A DNA stretch of 64,000 bases from Lytechinus pictus. Lineage: Eukaryota. The stretch covers positions 5,892,001-5,956,000 of the forward strand of contig NC_087252.1 of the NCBI RefSeq assembly GCF_037042905.1, read 5' to 3'. A program made the position numbers and the translations under genes. Under the pieces are notes generated by a model. That model was not told the DNA's origin and searched no databases. It saw only the letters and a list, made by a program, of their open reading frames with translations. The stretch's first letter is position 1. The number at the start of each line of letters is the position of its first letter. Below are positions 35,949 to 48,800 of this stretch, piece after piece.

Positions 35949-38900
35949 ATGTCTGAATATTCATAATTGAGGGGTGTTGAATTGATGATAAGACATATTT
36001 ATTGTAGAAATAATAGCACATCGGAGCAGGGGAATTTATCTAAAATAGAGGCTTTGATCTCTCTAAAAACCACCATGTTTTATATTGTTACTTATTATTT
36101 AGCTTTTATCTATTTCATCAACCAACTTTTTCAGTTTTATCATCTAAAATATAAATTCATTCAATTATGTTTTTGGAATTTTAATGAAATAAATATTGAG
36201 AAATCAATAGTTTTGTGATGTCAGCAATATACGAGTCTGGATATAAATGATCAAAATTGAAATATGTAAATTGATATTATGAAATGTGTTAATTAAATAT
36301 GAATGCAACTATTATAAATCATAAAGGACTGACTAAATATCTAAATATTTATGGTGCAGATAAAAGAACGAGGTGACGCGAGAAAGGGAGATCGATACAG
36401 CGGAGGAACTGAAACGAGAGAGGAAGAGAGAGGGAGAGAGATAGCAAAATGAACGGAATGAGAAGTGGGAGTGGCATATAATAATAATCCGCTTTTATAA
36501 AGCGCTTAATACATCGGAACGACGTGTCTGTAGGCGTTTTTACAGATATATAGATATGGAGAGCGAGCGGGGTATAGAGAAAAAAACATACAGAAAGAGA
36601 AAAAAGGGAGGGGGAGAGATGAGGAGGGGGGAGGGTGAATCGTTTAAGAATACACAAGGGTAGCGCAGGGATATTATGATAGGGGCGTATGAATTTCTCT
36701 TTAATACAGTTCTTATTACTCATCACGCCCTTTTTGGCTCATTACTTATCTTCCCTTTCTTTTTTTTCTCCCTCTTTCTCTCGTTATTCTTCTTGCTTTT
36801 ACTGCTTGACAACTCAAAGATGCAAACAGACACGAGGGGATTTCTCCCCCTTCATTCCCTTCCCATCTTGGAGCTTTCCAGCAGTCTAATCACCGTCCCC
36901 ATCCGTTTTGCCCTGCCCTCTCTCTCGGAATATAACTTGCACCAGAATTTCAATTTTGCTATCAGTCAGCACCTTAAACAGCAAATCAGTCCCACAAAAT
37001 ACATTTATAGATTTCCACACGAAGTCTTTCTTTATTGCTAGATCCAAACAAAAATTAGTAGGTGACTCGCGAATCTTCTTTTTTTTAATAAAAAAAAAAC
37101 ACAAAACCAGATCAGAACTGCTAAAAATAAAGTAAGTTGGCTATGCCACTATCAAAACAAAAGCTATCAAATAGATGAACGAATGATTTAAAGTAATATA
37201 TATGGAGTGAATTTATGGAATAAATTAGTTATGGATGGAGCGGAATAATAAAGTCATGTAGGCCTATATTTATGCGGAGGAATATCCAATCGTAACAGTG
37301 CATGCCATCTAATTAATCAATGCAATTAGAGGCATAAATTATTGAATTTGCATCACTGCTCAACAACAATGATTAGTTATTTGTAAACGAAAAGTATATG
37401 TATTTAATTTTTACTCCTCATGTGATATTTAAAATCACATGAATACAGGTAACGCACAAGAAAACATATACATCAATCTTAAACTATTTCAATTTTGAGA
37501 GAAGGTAAAGTAATTATCATTAGCACGTGATATTGTACATTCTTTATCATATATATTCACGAGGAAGGACATATTTTACCAGCTTTCACAATTATTACGT
37601 GTTTACACGCTGCCCGGCTTGCGGGTTTGACCCGCGAGTGGAGACAGCGTGCAAACGCGGTAATTGGAAAATATTCTCTTCTTTTGCTGTAAAAAGTATT
37701 TTTCTGTGAAATGTCTAAAAAAATCAATAAACAATACACATGCATAATCCAAGAATATAATTGATGAAAAGATCGAAATGTTTTCCCAGCTGTTTCTCCG
37801 ATTAGTTTAATGTCTGGATGTATGCACTTTGAAATTCTTAAATTAATGCTTAAATTTGAAGAGTATGTATATGTATACTGTTTATTTATAATGTCATTCA
37901 ATTATGTAAATTTCGATCCACATTTATGTCTCTAACTTTGGCAACTTTTTTGAGGACAATCAAAAATTCACTCTCTTTGCCATATTCCAACGGTCCCCAA
38001 TCTTTCCATTCTCTTAACCTTAACGAACGGGTCGACGTATACCTCCATAAAAAGGAAAATAATTAAAAACAAATCATAGAAACTACAGCTCACAGCAGAT
38101 CAAATCAAATCAAATCATGAACAGCTAATCAGACGTACAGGTTCAGCAAAAATAAATCTAAGCAACATTTTAGATAATTCATAGAACAATCATAATTTAC
38201 AAATGCAACCAAATTATATACATAATATGCATTTAAACCAAATATCTTACAATCGTTAAATCATATATATATTTTTTCTTGAACACAAGGGAAATTTAAA
38301 ACTCTGAAATGTCAGATATTTTCCAACGGAATTTCCTATAATTTTTTTAGCAAATAGGAGCATGTTTTACACAGATTTTCAGAGGGACTTGTGCTGCAGG
38401 TTGATAATGAATGTTTATGAAATAATATCAATTAAAGTCACGCTTTACTCTTTGTGAAACACATCTCAGATTATAATGTTGAAAGACAAAATATATAATG
38501 GAAATTGTAGTTTAAATCTATATCTTTTTTTATATATTTTCATTATTATTTTTTATCGGAAATTGTTAATAATTTAAATTTTAGTTACGTTCGTTATTAA
38601 GGCTATGTTGGTTAACGTTATCATGATTATTATTCTGTCATCATCACCGTTTCCTCACTATTATCATTAGTATCACCATCAGCATTTCCATTCACATTTT
38701 TATCTAAAAAACATAGAAGTATAAGTTTCATTATGACTTTTTTTTTCTTCTATTGTATGTCCAAGATCACGTAAAATAATAACTAAAAATGAAGGAAATG
38801 TGTTAATTGATGGGAGAAAAATCCTTGCTCCATAGTACAAGGAGGTGGGAGAGAAAAAAAAATTCCTCCGAGCCATAGGAAATGATTCTGAATATGCTAA

Positions 38901-41814
38901 CGACAAGTAAGCAAACCACATACTTTTTTCGAAGTATCATATCTTTGGTAAAGTATTGTTCACACCTATGCTTGCATTGACAAAGAAAACAATCGTGCAC
39001 ACATTGCAGCAAATATATGGACATGTATTCACCCAAATCCGGTACTCATTATAAGAGGGAATAGTTTCAATATAAGATTAGGCTAGGCAGAACATAATTT
39101 TCATGGAGACAAACGCAGTCATAGTATGATTTGAATTCTTAATCTAAAGGTATTTTTCGTTTGAGGTTAGGAAAGATACCAGCGGGAAGTTTACTGAATC
39201 ATGCAAAATTGAAGAGAACAGAATTAATGGACAATGGGAAAATTCGTTGTTTTGTTCTTGGCCGTTTGTTCTGTTAATCAGTCAACAATATTGTAGAAAA
39301 AAATAAAATATACAGCTGCGAATTGTTACTGTAATATCGAGCGCAGTTAACAAATTAAACTTTGGTATGCGCAATAAGGTGTGTCTTATCACAAAGCGGA
39401 GAAAGGTTCATTTTGTAATATGTGACAGACATAATTGTTTATATTACCTGCACAATTTAAATAAACAAAATACAAAGCAAAAAAATAAGGAAAAGAAATC
39501 GTATTTTTAAGAATTGTGACATTGCTTGCCCTTTTAAAAAAGAGTCAAATGACTTTACTCCGTGCAATTCGTTATCGGCTTATCATATTTAAACAGATGA
39601 TATAGAAAAAATGAAAAGTATGAAAGTGTCATTATAGTAGCGCGATCAATCTAGTAATTACAATTTCTAGCATTAACATGTTAACTCATAAGTTTGTAAT
39701 TGGACACAAGGAACGTTATACACACTTAGCATTATATTTGCATATTTAATGTCAGAAATACATTAAAGTCGGGGACTCGTTGCACTCTGCTTACGTTCTT
39801 TGAAACATAAACCCCATTATGAGATTATGAAATAGTTTATTCATTTGAGAAGAATGCAATTGGAAAAAAGACTTGTGTAATAATCTAAAATGTGAAAACA
39901 GAGATATTTCTATTAATTATCGATGACTGACTGCAAGCTTAAAACTTAAGCGCATGTAATCTGTAAACTTCAGTAAAAAAAGTTTCGTTTGTTTACACAC
40001 CAACCTTTATCGAATACAAATGTGATAATCGGCTCATCATTGTACACCCAAACATATTCTCGTTCTGGAGATACATATATACATATAATTCCTAATTCTA
40101 TTGAGAGATTACTCTTTGATATCATACATATTTACAAAATATATAAAATACAAAATGGGATTTGACATTCAATGGTAATTAATCTAACACATAATAAATT
40201 TTCTTTCACTTATAAAAAATCTGGAAGTATCTTTTCTTTCTAATGCGACGCCGTAAAATACCACAGCTACTTACAATATTTTTTCCTTGTTCACTCTTGC
40301 CCCTTTTGGTTGCATCTCTCTCTTTCTCTCTCCTCCTCTCTTCCTCCTTCACTCTCTATTTTTCTTCTCTCTTTCTCCTTCCCAAACTCTCTCATTTCCG
40401 TATCTCTCTTTCTCCTCCCTCTCTGTATATCTATCAAAATTATTCTATCGTTAGATTGTTTTCCTAACATTGCACAATTGATATTTCGGTCAAATTATAT
40501 AGCATGTTGTGCAGATGGAATTTGTTAATATGCGAGAAAATAAAATACACATTGTTTTTAAAAGGAAAGGGAGATTGTGTTTTGTAGTATCTTTAAGAAG
40601 CAAAGAAAACAAAATAACAGAATATTGGAATACAAACTTAGAGAAATGAAAGGTATAATAAAGTATGCGAAATAGTTCTGCAATTAATTATTATCTTTAC
40701 TGCATTATAAATTCGTTTTCACCTCTTTGAAATCTATATAAAAAAAATTGCAATGTGTCTTTCTTGACACTTAAATAGGAAGACGAAATATTTCATTAAT
40801 TTGGTTTAGAAATTAGTTTTGATTAAGACATGGATATAGTGGAAACTGAATGTAGTAAAATTTGACATGTTTTCTGGTCTTTCATCACTTAATCTTTCGT
40901 ATATTTAAATTTGTAGATTATGCTGTGGTTATTGTTAACTCCGTTTGAGAGGCATAAGTTAAACTTGTTTAAAGAATTGAGGGAAAATCGTTCAATTAGA
41001 TTATCCTCGTTCATGATTTACCTTTGAATATTTATTTCATTGCATGCTGATGCCCTTTTTATAATATTATAATTCTCAAAACAATGAATATAAAAAGATT
41101 TTCATCATAAACATGACAACCACAAAAATATAGATTTGTCCATAACTTTATGTTTGAGAGACTATAGTACAACCGAAACCGGACCCTTTATAAAATCCGA
41201 CTACCATGAAATAAGCAATTGTTCGACAGTCAACCGTCTTGATCAATGAAACCGGATCCAAACCGTCATTGCAAATAGATTGGTCGGTCTGGAATCGGTT
41301 TCGCAAGTGTAAAACATTAATCGTGGAGTAAATACTAGTATATAAATCAATTTTGTAGTTGAAAATTAGAATATTATGAAATCCCACCCATGGATAGGTA
41401 TAGACGTAGGCATTCTTCATATTCACTAACGACACAAACTCGGCTTAAGATCACGTGATGTATTCAACACGTGATGCGAGTTTTTCAAATTCCATTCTGT
41501 GATTGGTCCTCTCCAGCCAAAACCTCCATTCGTATTCCTTCCGGTGCACGCAAAGGAAACGAAGGATAATGCGTTGCGCATGTCCTGCCCACAGTGTAAG
41601 CGCTTGATTAAATATGTCTAGTCGCGCTTCAACAGCGTGGACAAAATGATTCAATGTGACTCATGTACGTACGTACTGATAATTATTGTTGCAGATTTAT
41701 ACTCCATGGATCGCCAGCCTGTTGTAACGTTGTATGGTACCCTTGTGGCAAATACGAGTATTAGAAACAAATAAGAAAACATGTACCATACGCATAAAGA
41801 ATGACTTCCGTTTG

Positions 41815-42866
41815 TTAGCAATACGTTGACGAAAGGACGGAGTCATCCTTTCTCCTTGAATCATCTGTTCGTTCTAGCCATATAACTTCATTGGTGTCTG
41901 TAGATAACCGGCCACTCACAGAAGGGGTAGACGAGGCAGACTGAAGATTGTGGCCAGACACAGAGCGATGTGCTGTAGAGACACGACCAGACGCGGAGCT
42001 TGGGCGAGGCGAACGCGTCGTCGGTCGCTTGTCTGATCGCGGAGATCGCGATTGCCGTTGTAATGTTTGCGTTTCCGCGAACGGCGTGCTTGGTTGTTCG
42101 CACTTCTTTACACGTGGCATAGTGTTAGAGGAATACATGGATTGTTGATGAGGCATTGAATGGGAATTTGATTCCGGTAGCAGGACTGGAACATCCACCG
42201 GTTGATCACCAGGAAACTGCTGGCTTAAGAGTCTATCGACATCGTGTAAATTGTTGGAAGTACCATTGTTTCCTGTTATAACAGATGCCATAGTGGCAGG
42301 GACACGGTTCGACACACTAGGAATTTGCTCATTGGTATTGGTGGACGGCATGATATTATGAAGTAAAGATTGGGCATCCTGTTGCATTGTCTGTGCAATC
42401 ACCGCCATTTCTTTCTGCTTTTGTTCTTTCAATAACACATCAATTATCTCATTCCTTTTTGCATCAAAACTTTTTTCGATGTTATCAAGCTGCAAGTATA
42501 GTTCATCTATCCTCTTATGCACTGCTTTATCACACACTAGTTTGTTCGCATCCACAATGTGCACCGCTGGTGGTGCAATTTGTCCTGTCGATGAACTAGT
42601 TGGGGCGCCCTCTGGCGTTCCTCTTATTCCCAACCCTGTTGATATACGCCCTCTCTGTCTTGTCTCAGTCAGCTGTGGCTCTGATATCGCCATGTGCTGA
42701 GTTTCTCTAAGAGGACTATGTGGAATGGGATCAAGTTTTTTGGGAGAGCGGGGGCTGCTGGTGTGTTTGGGGATCATGGGGGCATCTTCACCTTCGTCTT
42801 CCTCCTCATCCTCATCAGCGTTTAATCTATTCATCTCTATGTCGACCGTTGTACGTTTGGAAGAAT
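41815..42866 (-). CDS. KCNH last exon with coiled-coil
   Basis: ORF 42834-41815 extended to acceptor at 42867; heptad segment [31 protein letters not shown]; ends STYC*. Confidence 0.85.
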
Positions 42867-45800
42867 CTGTAAATGTAAGGCAGAGGAGAAAAATAAAGAG
42901 TTAAAGACATCCCTTTGGGCATAGCCGCGGAATTCCCGCCTCTTTGATGTTTTAGATATCAGTTACCAACAGTTCAAATACAGTTTGGTCTAAAGGATTC
43001 CCTCACAACCCCATCTGAACCCCACAGGCCTAGCGCTTAATAGAGTGGGGTTGAACATTGTTAATACAGTTTACTTCATTGTCCATTATGTACAATCAAG
43101 CGTAAACTTAACCGGTAATAAATTGTCACGTTTTGTCTTATAGGTCCGTGGTCTCTGTTCACACTCCTTCTTTTCAAAGTTCGATAGCCCTGAATTACGT
43201 TCATTTTGTATGTCCCTTTGTAGATTTGAATGGTTGTTTATAGTGTAATGGCTAATAAGGATAACACGTCTTCGAGATTTCTTTATTTTGGAACCCTTTC
43301 CGGATCTGGTGCCATTTTTTCTTTCTTTTTATAATAACGAACATTGACACATTGCCAGTATAATATGGCAATGTTTCGATGTTCTTTATTGTTAAAAGAA
43401 AAAAAAAATTACCAGATTTCGTGAAAAGCGTTTTATGAAAAGACTTGTTAGATGTTCATTTTGACAAACTCAATTTTATACGACAGTTGCCATCGTACAT
43501 AACTTTTCATCCAATCAACATAAAGGAAAGTTCTCAGATCTGACAACTTTCCTTGATTTGGATTGGATGACGACTTGATGACGAAAAAAGATAATGAAAT
43601 GCCTCGGTCACAATTGGTCGATAGGGTCGGTTTGCTTGGCAGCTACAATGAAAGCGGCAGGCCCCCATAACACAAAGATTAGCCATTATAATCGCAAAAT
43701 GAAATAGCGTTTCAACATTATATTTCCATGCACATGAATAGGAACCGATCAAAATCTTCTTTCAAATTGGCGAATAATTGTTCACCTTTGTTTCACAGGT
43801 CCCAAAGTTCAAGTCATTGTCCAGGAAAGTGGGGTTCAACACCCCCCCTTCCAAAAAAAAACCATTGGGGGTGCTGCATGTATTATTCTTCAAAGGCAGC
43901 ACCCCAGGTACTCTGGAAGTTGTGTAAAAAATGAAATTGTAACCAAAATGACCTTCATTTCATTTTGCAATGAAACCCTTTCTTTTACCTCCATTTTGTA
44001 TCAAAAACCTGTTCTTATTCCTTAGTACCAATGTGACATCCATTTTGGAGTAAAACCTTTTTTTTTTTTTTTTTTTTTGCTTTCCGAATTTACATCAGCA
44101 CCCCCAGTAAACTAAATCGTTCCAAGGGTAGAGGTTTTCATGAAACGGACCCTTTTCCGGTATGCTCACCTTGTGATTGTGACCTTGATTTCTCGCTCCG
44201 CTTTCTGAATCGTCTCCTAGTACTGGGTGATGTAGAACGATAGATAGTTTGGAGATTCTCTGAACTTTGCATAGGTGTAATGGTTAATCTAGTATTGCTG
44301 ACTGTCAGGTTGTTTCTAGAATTTGAAGTTTTCTTTTGCGGTGTCTTGTCAGCCTCAACGTCTTTCTCAGGAATCGCAGAAGGCCTTCTTTCAGAAGTAT
44401 CATACTGATATCATAAACAATAAAACCAATAGGAGATTAAGGTCTTGAAATATATATCTTGTCATATATTTCTGTACGGTTGTAATATGCCAACTGTATC
44501 CATTGTAAAATAACATCTGGAGCTGCTTTTAGAATATTTCACGCAAAAAAAGAAAACAAAACAAGGCTGGCTAAGGAAACTTGCTTGCCCGTCATAAACG
44601 TTGGCAGCTAAAAAGAACAAAAACAAAACAATATCTGTATCTGATTCAATAAACCCCTTCAAAGATTCTTTTTATTGGAGGTATCTCTTTACACGATGCG
44701 AGATATTTTATAGATATCGTTTTTGTTTTCTTCACTAGGGCCGGAAAAGGGACAGGTAGATTCGGTTGCTAGTTTCAAGTAGACGGGTAGATGGAAAGAC
44801 AACGAAACCTGGATCCATAATTAGGTCTTCTTTACGCTCAACGAACACATACATGTAGTAGTGGTTAAAACTAAAGCCTGTAGTAGCATTGCATGCCCAC
44901 ACTGCAGTGAACTTACATCTCTCATATCCATGGTGATTTCAACCCTCTCAGCAAAATGATCTTTGAAGTCTGGATATGACCTGATGACATCCATCAGATC
45001 TTCTCTTGTCAATGTCACCAGGTCACAGTAGGTCAACGCCCTCACAGTGCCTTTTGACCTCCCCACATCCTGGCACGTACAGAAATTTTCACCTACAACA
45101 TCATTCTTTCCTGCATTTTGAAACAGAAGAGAAGAACGAACATAAAGTTCCTGAACAATTATTATTGTGTGTATTAAACCTGGTTGAGGATACCATCTTC
45201 TTGAAATGCATATCAAAATAATCCCATTTAAAGAATAAGCCTACGTTATGGAGATAAGATATTTCGTCCCCGTAGAACTTCATAGATACCACTTAAAATA
45301 TACAATCATGACAATGAGAACTTATCAGATCAAATATCATAAATTCTTTCTTTGCAATAGAAAACAATACAACGTGATAGTAAAATGTTATATCTATTAT
45401 GAGCTCCGATCATATTACATTAAAATCATAACATAATTGAAAAGAGGGTATCTGCCACTTGTTTTTTGTTTATTCTGTAACCATGAATAAAGGTAACTGC
45501 AAGTAATATATTTTGTACTTTATATCCGAATTTATATGCGAATTGGGCGGGGGGGGGGGATATGAAAAAAACTATACTTACCTAAAATTGCTAGAACAAG
45601 ATTTCCCTGTAAAATTTCCAGGGATCCTCTCGATATAAAGTACATGACATTTAGTGAGTCGCCTTTGTGTATTAATATATCACCTGGAGCAGTGTGCGTC
45701 GTCTAATATAAAGAAGATATAAAGAAAAGTTAATGGAATTGTGAATTTAGCAATGTTTGGTTTCATTTACATCATGCAATATACAGTTTGATACTTTGAA

Positions 45801-48800
45801 ATTGGAGAGAATTTGAATAAGACAAGTGAAACACTAAATAAATCATTGAATCGGACGTAACACATTTTGTCAAATAATTACTAAGGGAAAAAGTGATCAG
45901 TTCCACAAAACAATTAAATGTACAACCTAGGGATAAACATTTAACTTGCACGATGTTGTGTAGTGTTTGAATGTATATGATTTCACACAATATAAAGACG
46001 CAATACAATAAAAGTGAGATGAAACATCAAAACTTTGTTATTCCTTTTTCAACTTGAAGAGTTTCCGTGTTTACTCTCCCCCTAATTGTATTGTGTCTGT
46101 TTAGGTCATATTTTTTTTTAGCCTGGAGTATAATATATTAACAATGTAATTTACATTATTTGACTGAATATTATGTGACCAATCACCAACAACTATACGT
46201 CTCCGGGAAAGGTTGTCTGTATATAGCTCAAAGAATAAGTTGGTCTTCAGAAATTACGCATTAGAAAATTATCTTATCTGAAAGGGAGACTCTTAAGGGA
46301 GACTACTTAATACTAACAGAATTTGAAGTTGTAAAATAAAAAGAGGAAGGAATTTTTCTGACATTTTATTTAACGGACTGCCTGGAAGTTCCATTAAGAT
46401 TACACAGTGATGACGTCCCATACTTGAGTGAACCTTGAGTTAGTAAACCTCGTTTTCACCTTATTTTTTCAAACACTTTCACTGAATTTTTTACGTTTAA
46501 TCAAATACTTGTGTTGATTATTGTAGAATACGTTTGACAACCATGTATCATTTTAAAGCTTAGGATGTGCATTTCTCAAGCTCAACGAAAATCTTAAACT
46601 TCATTTTGGCAAGTTATTGTTGGGTTGGGGATGACTGGCCACATATTCATTTTTTTTAATTTAATATGATAATACCTTGAATTTCATCGATAACGCTCGT
46701 AAACATCCATGATTGACACCTCGGAATGCATTAGATTCTTTGAGAAGATTACGATTTAAATGAAGTGATATATCAGCTTGAAGAAAATCAGGAAAGTCGG
46801 CCATAACCTATTGCATGAAGATAAAAAAAGACATAAGCCTATTAATATTCACAGAACGTACTTAGGCCGACATGTGATAATAATAACGGTTATTTATATG
46901 CGCTATCCACAAAAAGTATCACAGCGCTTGCGATAACAATGTCCATCTCATATACGATTTGAGGAAATGGGGACACACATATATTTCTACACACTTCCTC
47001 CTTCCCCCTCACTGAATGAAATTGTTCTTTTTTAAGGGGGGAATGCCATTCAGGCTATGTTTTACTAAATTATGAATACACATTAAAGAGTGAAAAGATA
47101 GAGTGTGCAGAAAGATTTAGTTGATTCAAACGAAGAGCAAAAACATATTGTTACATTATTCTCGTGTACGTCCTTTGCAGTATCCGTATGTTTGTTTAGA
47201 AGATGCCCCGAACAAGAGATGAATAAGTACTATTTGTAGACAAGGATAACCGATTGATGCCAGATTAAAGTATGTAAAATTCAATATTCCATAACAGGGC
47301 AAAATTAACAATAGGCCTAATAAACAATGAATAGGTAATAAGTGCGAAAATTGCTTACAATTTTGCTTGCACTTTTTATAACTATACACACGAATTAATC
47401 AATTGGTCTGGCATCACTATTTACCTTGGCTATATAGTATGACTATATCGAACTAATTATATCAATCAATTGTTGTTTTGCATCACATTATTGAACAGAA
47501 AGCAATAAAGGAACAGTAAATACAAAACATATACATTTTATACATTGATTTAGACAAAAGAAAATAGAGCCCTGGACACGGTCGCATTACTGACACAGGC
47601 AGGATATATCAAACATGAATATGCTGACTAAATCCACTTACTTCTGCGACTTCATGGAAGTCATTTCCATTCATATAGACCCAGGCATGCTTGAAGTATT
47701 CCTTCAACCGACTTTGTAAAGGATTTGGTACATTGTGAAACTTGACGAACTCTTTAACGAGGTTTAGCTGCTGCTGGTACCGGGATATACCGGCGTAAAG
47801 ACGCTCGATGATCGCCGTCATGTTACCGAAGATACAAGCAAACATGAGCGCTGAACGGAAAAAAAAAGAATAAAGAGAGTCAGTGATTGTATTATGTTGT
47901 CAGCACATATCCTATGGATTTGATATTGATGAATGAAAATAACCTCATTTAATATTTAGGCAAAATAATTATTCATGATTGGTAACAAATTTGAATAAGG
48001 GTAGACTTTGATTGAACGTAATATTTCCGACTTGGATAAACTGCTTTTTTGTATTATTGGGATGAAGACTTGTTGGTATTCCTTCGTGGTTAACCGTTTA
48101 ATCGTGTAATTTAAATGATTTCAAATTCGTCTCTGTACCTTCCAATCCGCTCACTCAACCCAACAGGGACAACGCAATATACATATACAACCAATCTTTG
48201 ATTCTATTTCTAGGGGTGACTTTGTCTAACAGACTGTCTTTCAAATTGTCTGTTAAAAAGAGTCAATTGAAGAAGTAAAATGAAGACACCATGTCAAAAA
48301 GTCTGCACTATGTATTTATAGAGCAGAAATCCCGATACAAAGGCGATATGCTGCCTTGCTTAATGACTTTCCTGCACCCCCTTTTGTCTATGATCCAAAA
48401 TTAGAATCGGTTATGAGAAGCCACGCAGCCCGCCACGCAGCTACATGTATGGTGACTTCTGGCAAGGTTCCGAATGCAAAGAAGACTTGTGTATAAACTA
48501 AATACAATAAATTCATCAGTTTAAGTGAATGCATTAAGAAAAAATGAAGGGTAGCTAAATATAAAGGAGCTACCGGTATACTCACATCCTATAAGCATCA
48601 TGCAGATGGCAAACAGTTTTTCTGCATCCGTTGATGGCGCTATATTTCCAAATCCCACTGTTGTTAAAGTTGTTAAAGTAAAATATAGTGATGACACGTA
48701 TTTATCTTTTAATGATGGACCACCTGTAGATGCATTCTGTAGAGAGGGCATAACAAATAAATAGAAAAAAAATACTTTAATAATGGTTGTTTGATAGAAT

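Noticed and set aside
36349..37135. Overlapping ORFs between gene 2 and KCNH
   Set aside because: Low-complexity GA/CT-rich intergenic or UTR sequence with no recognisable domains.
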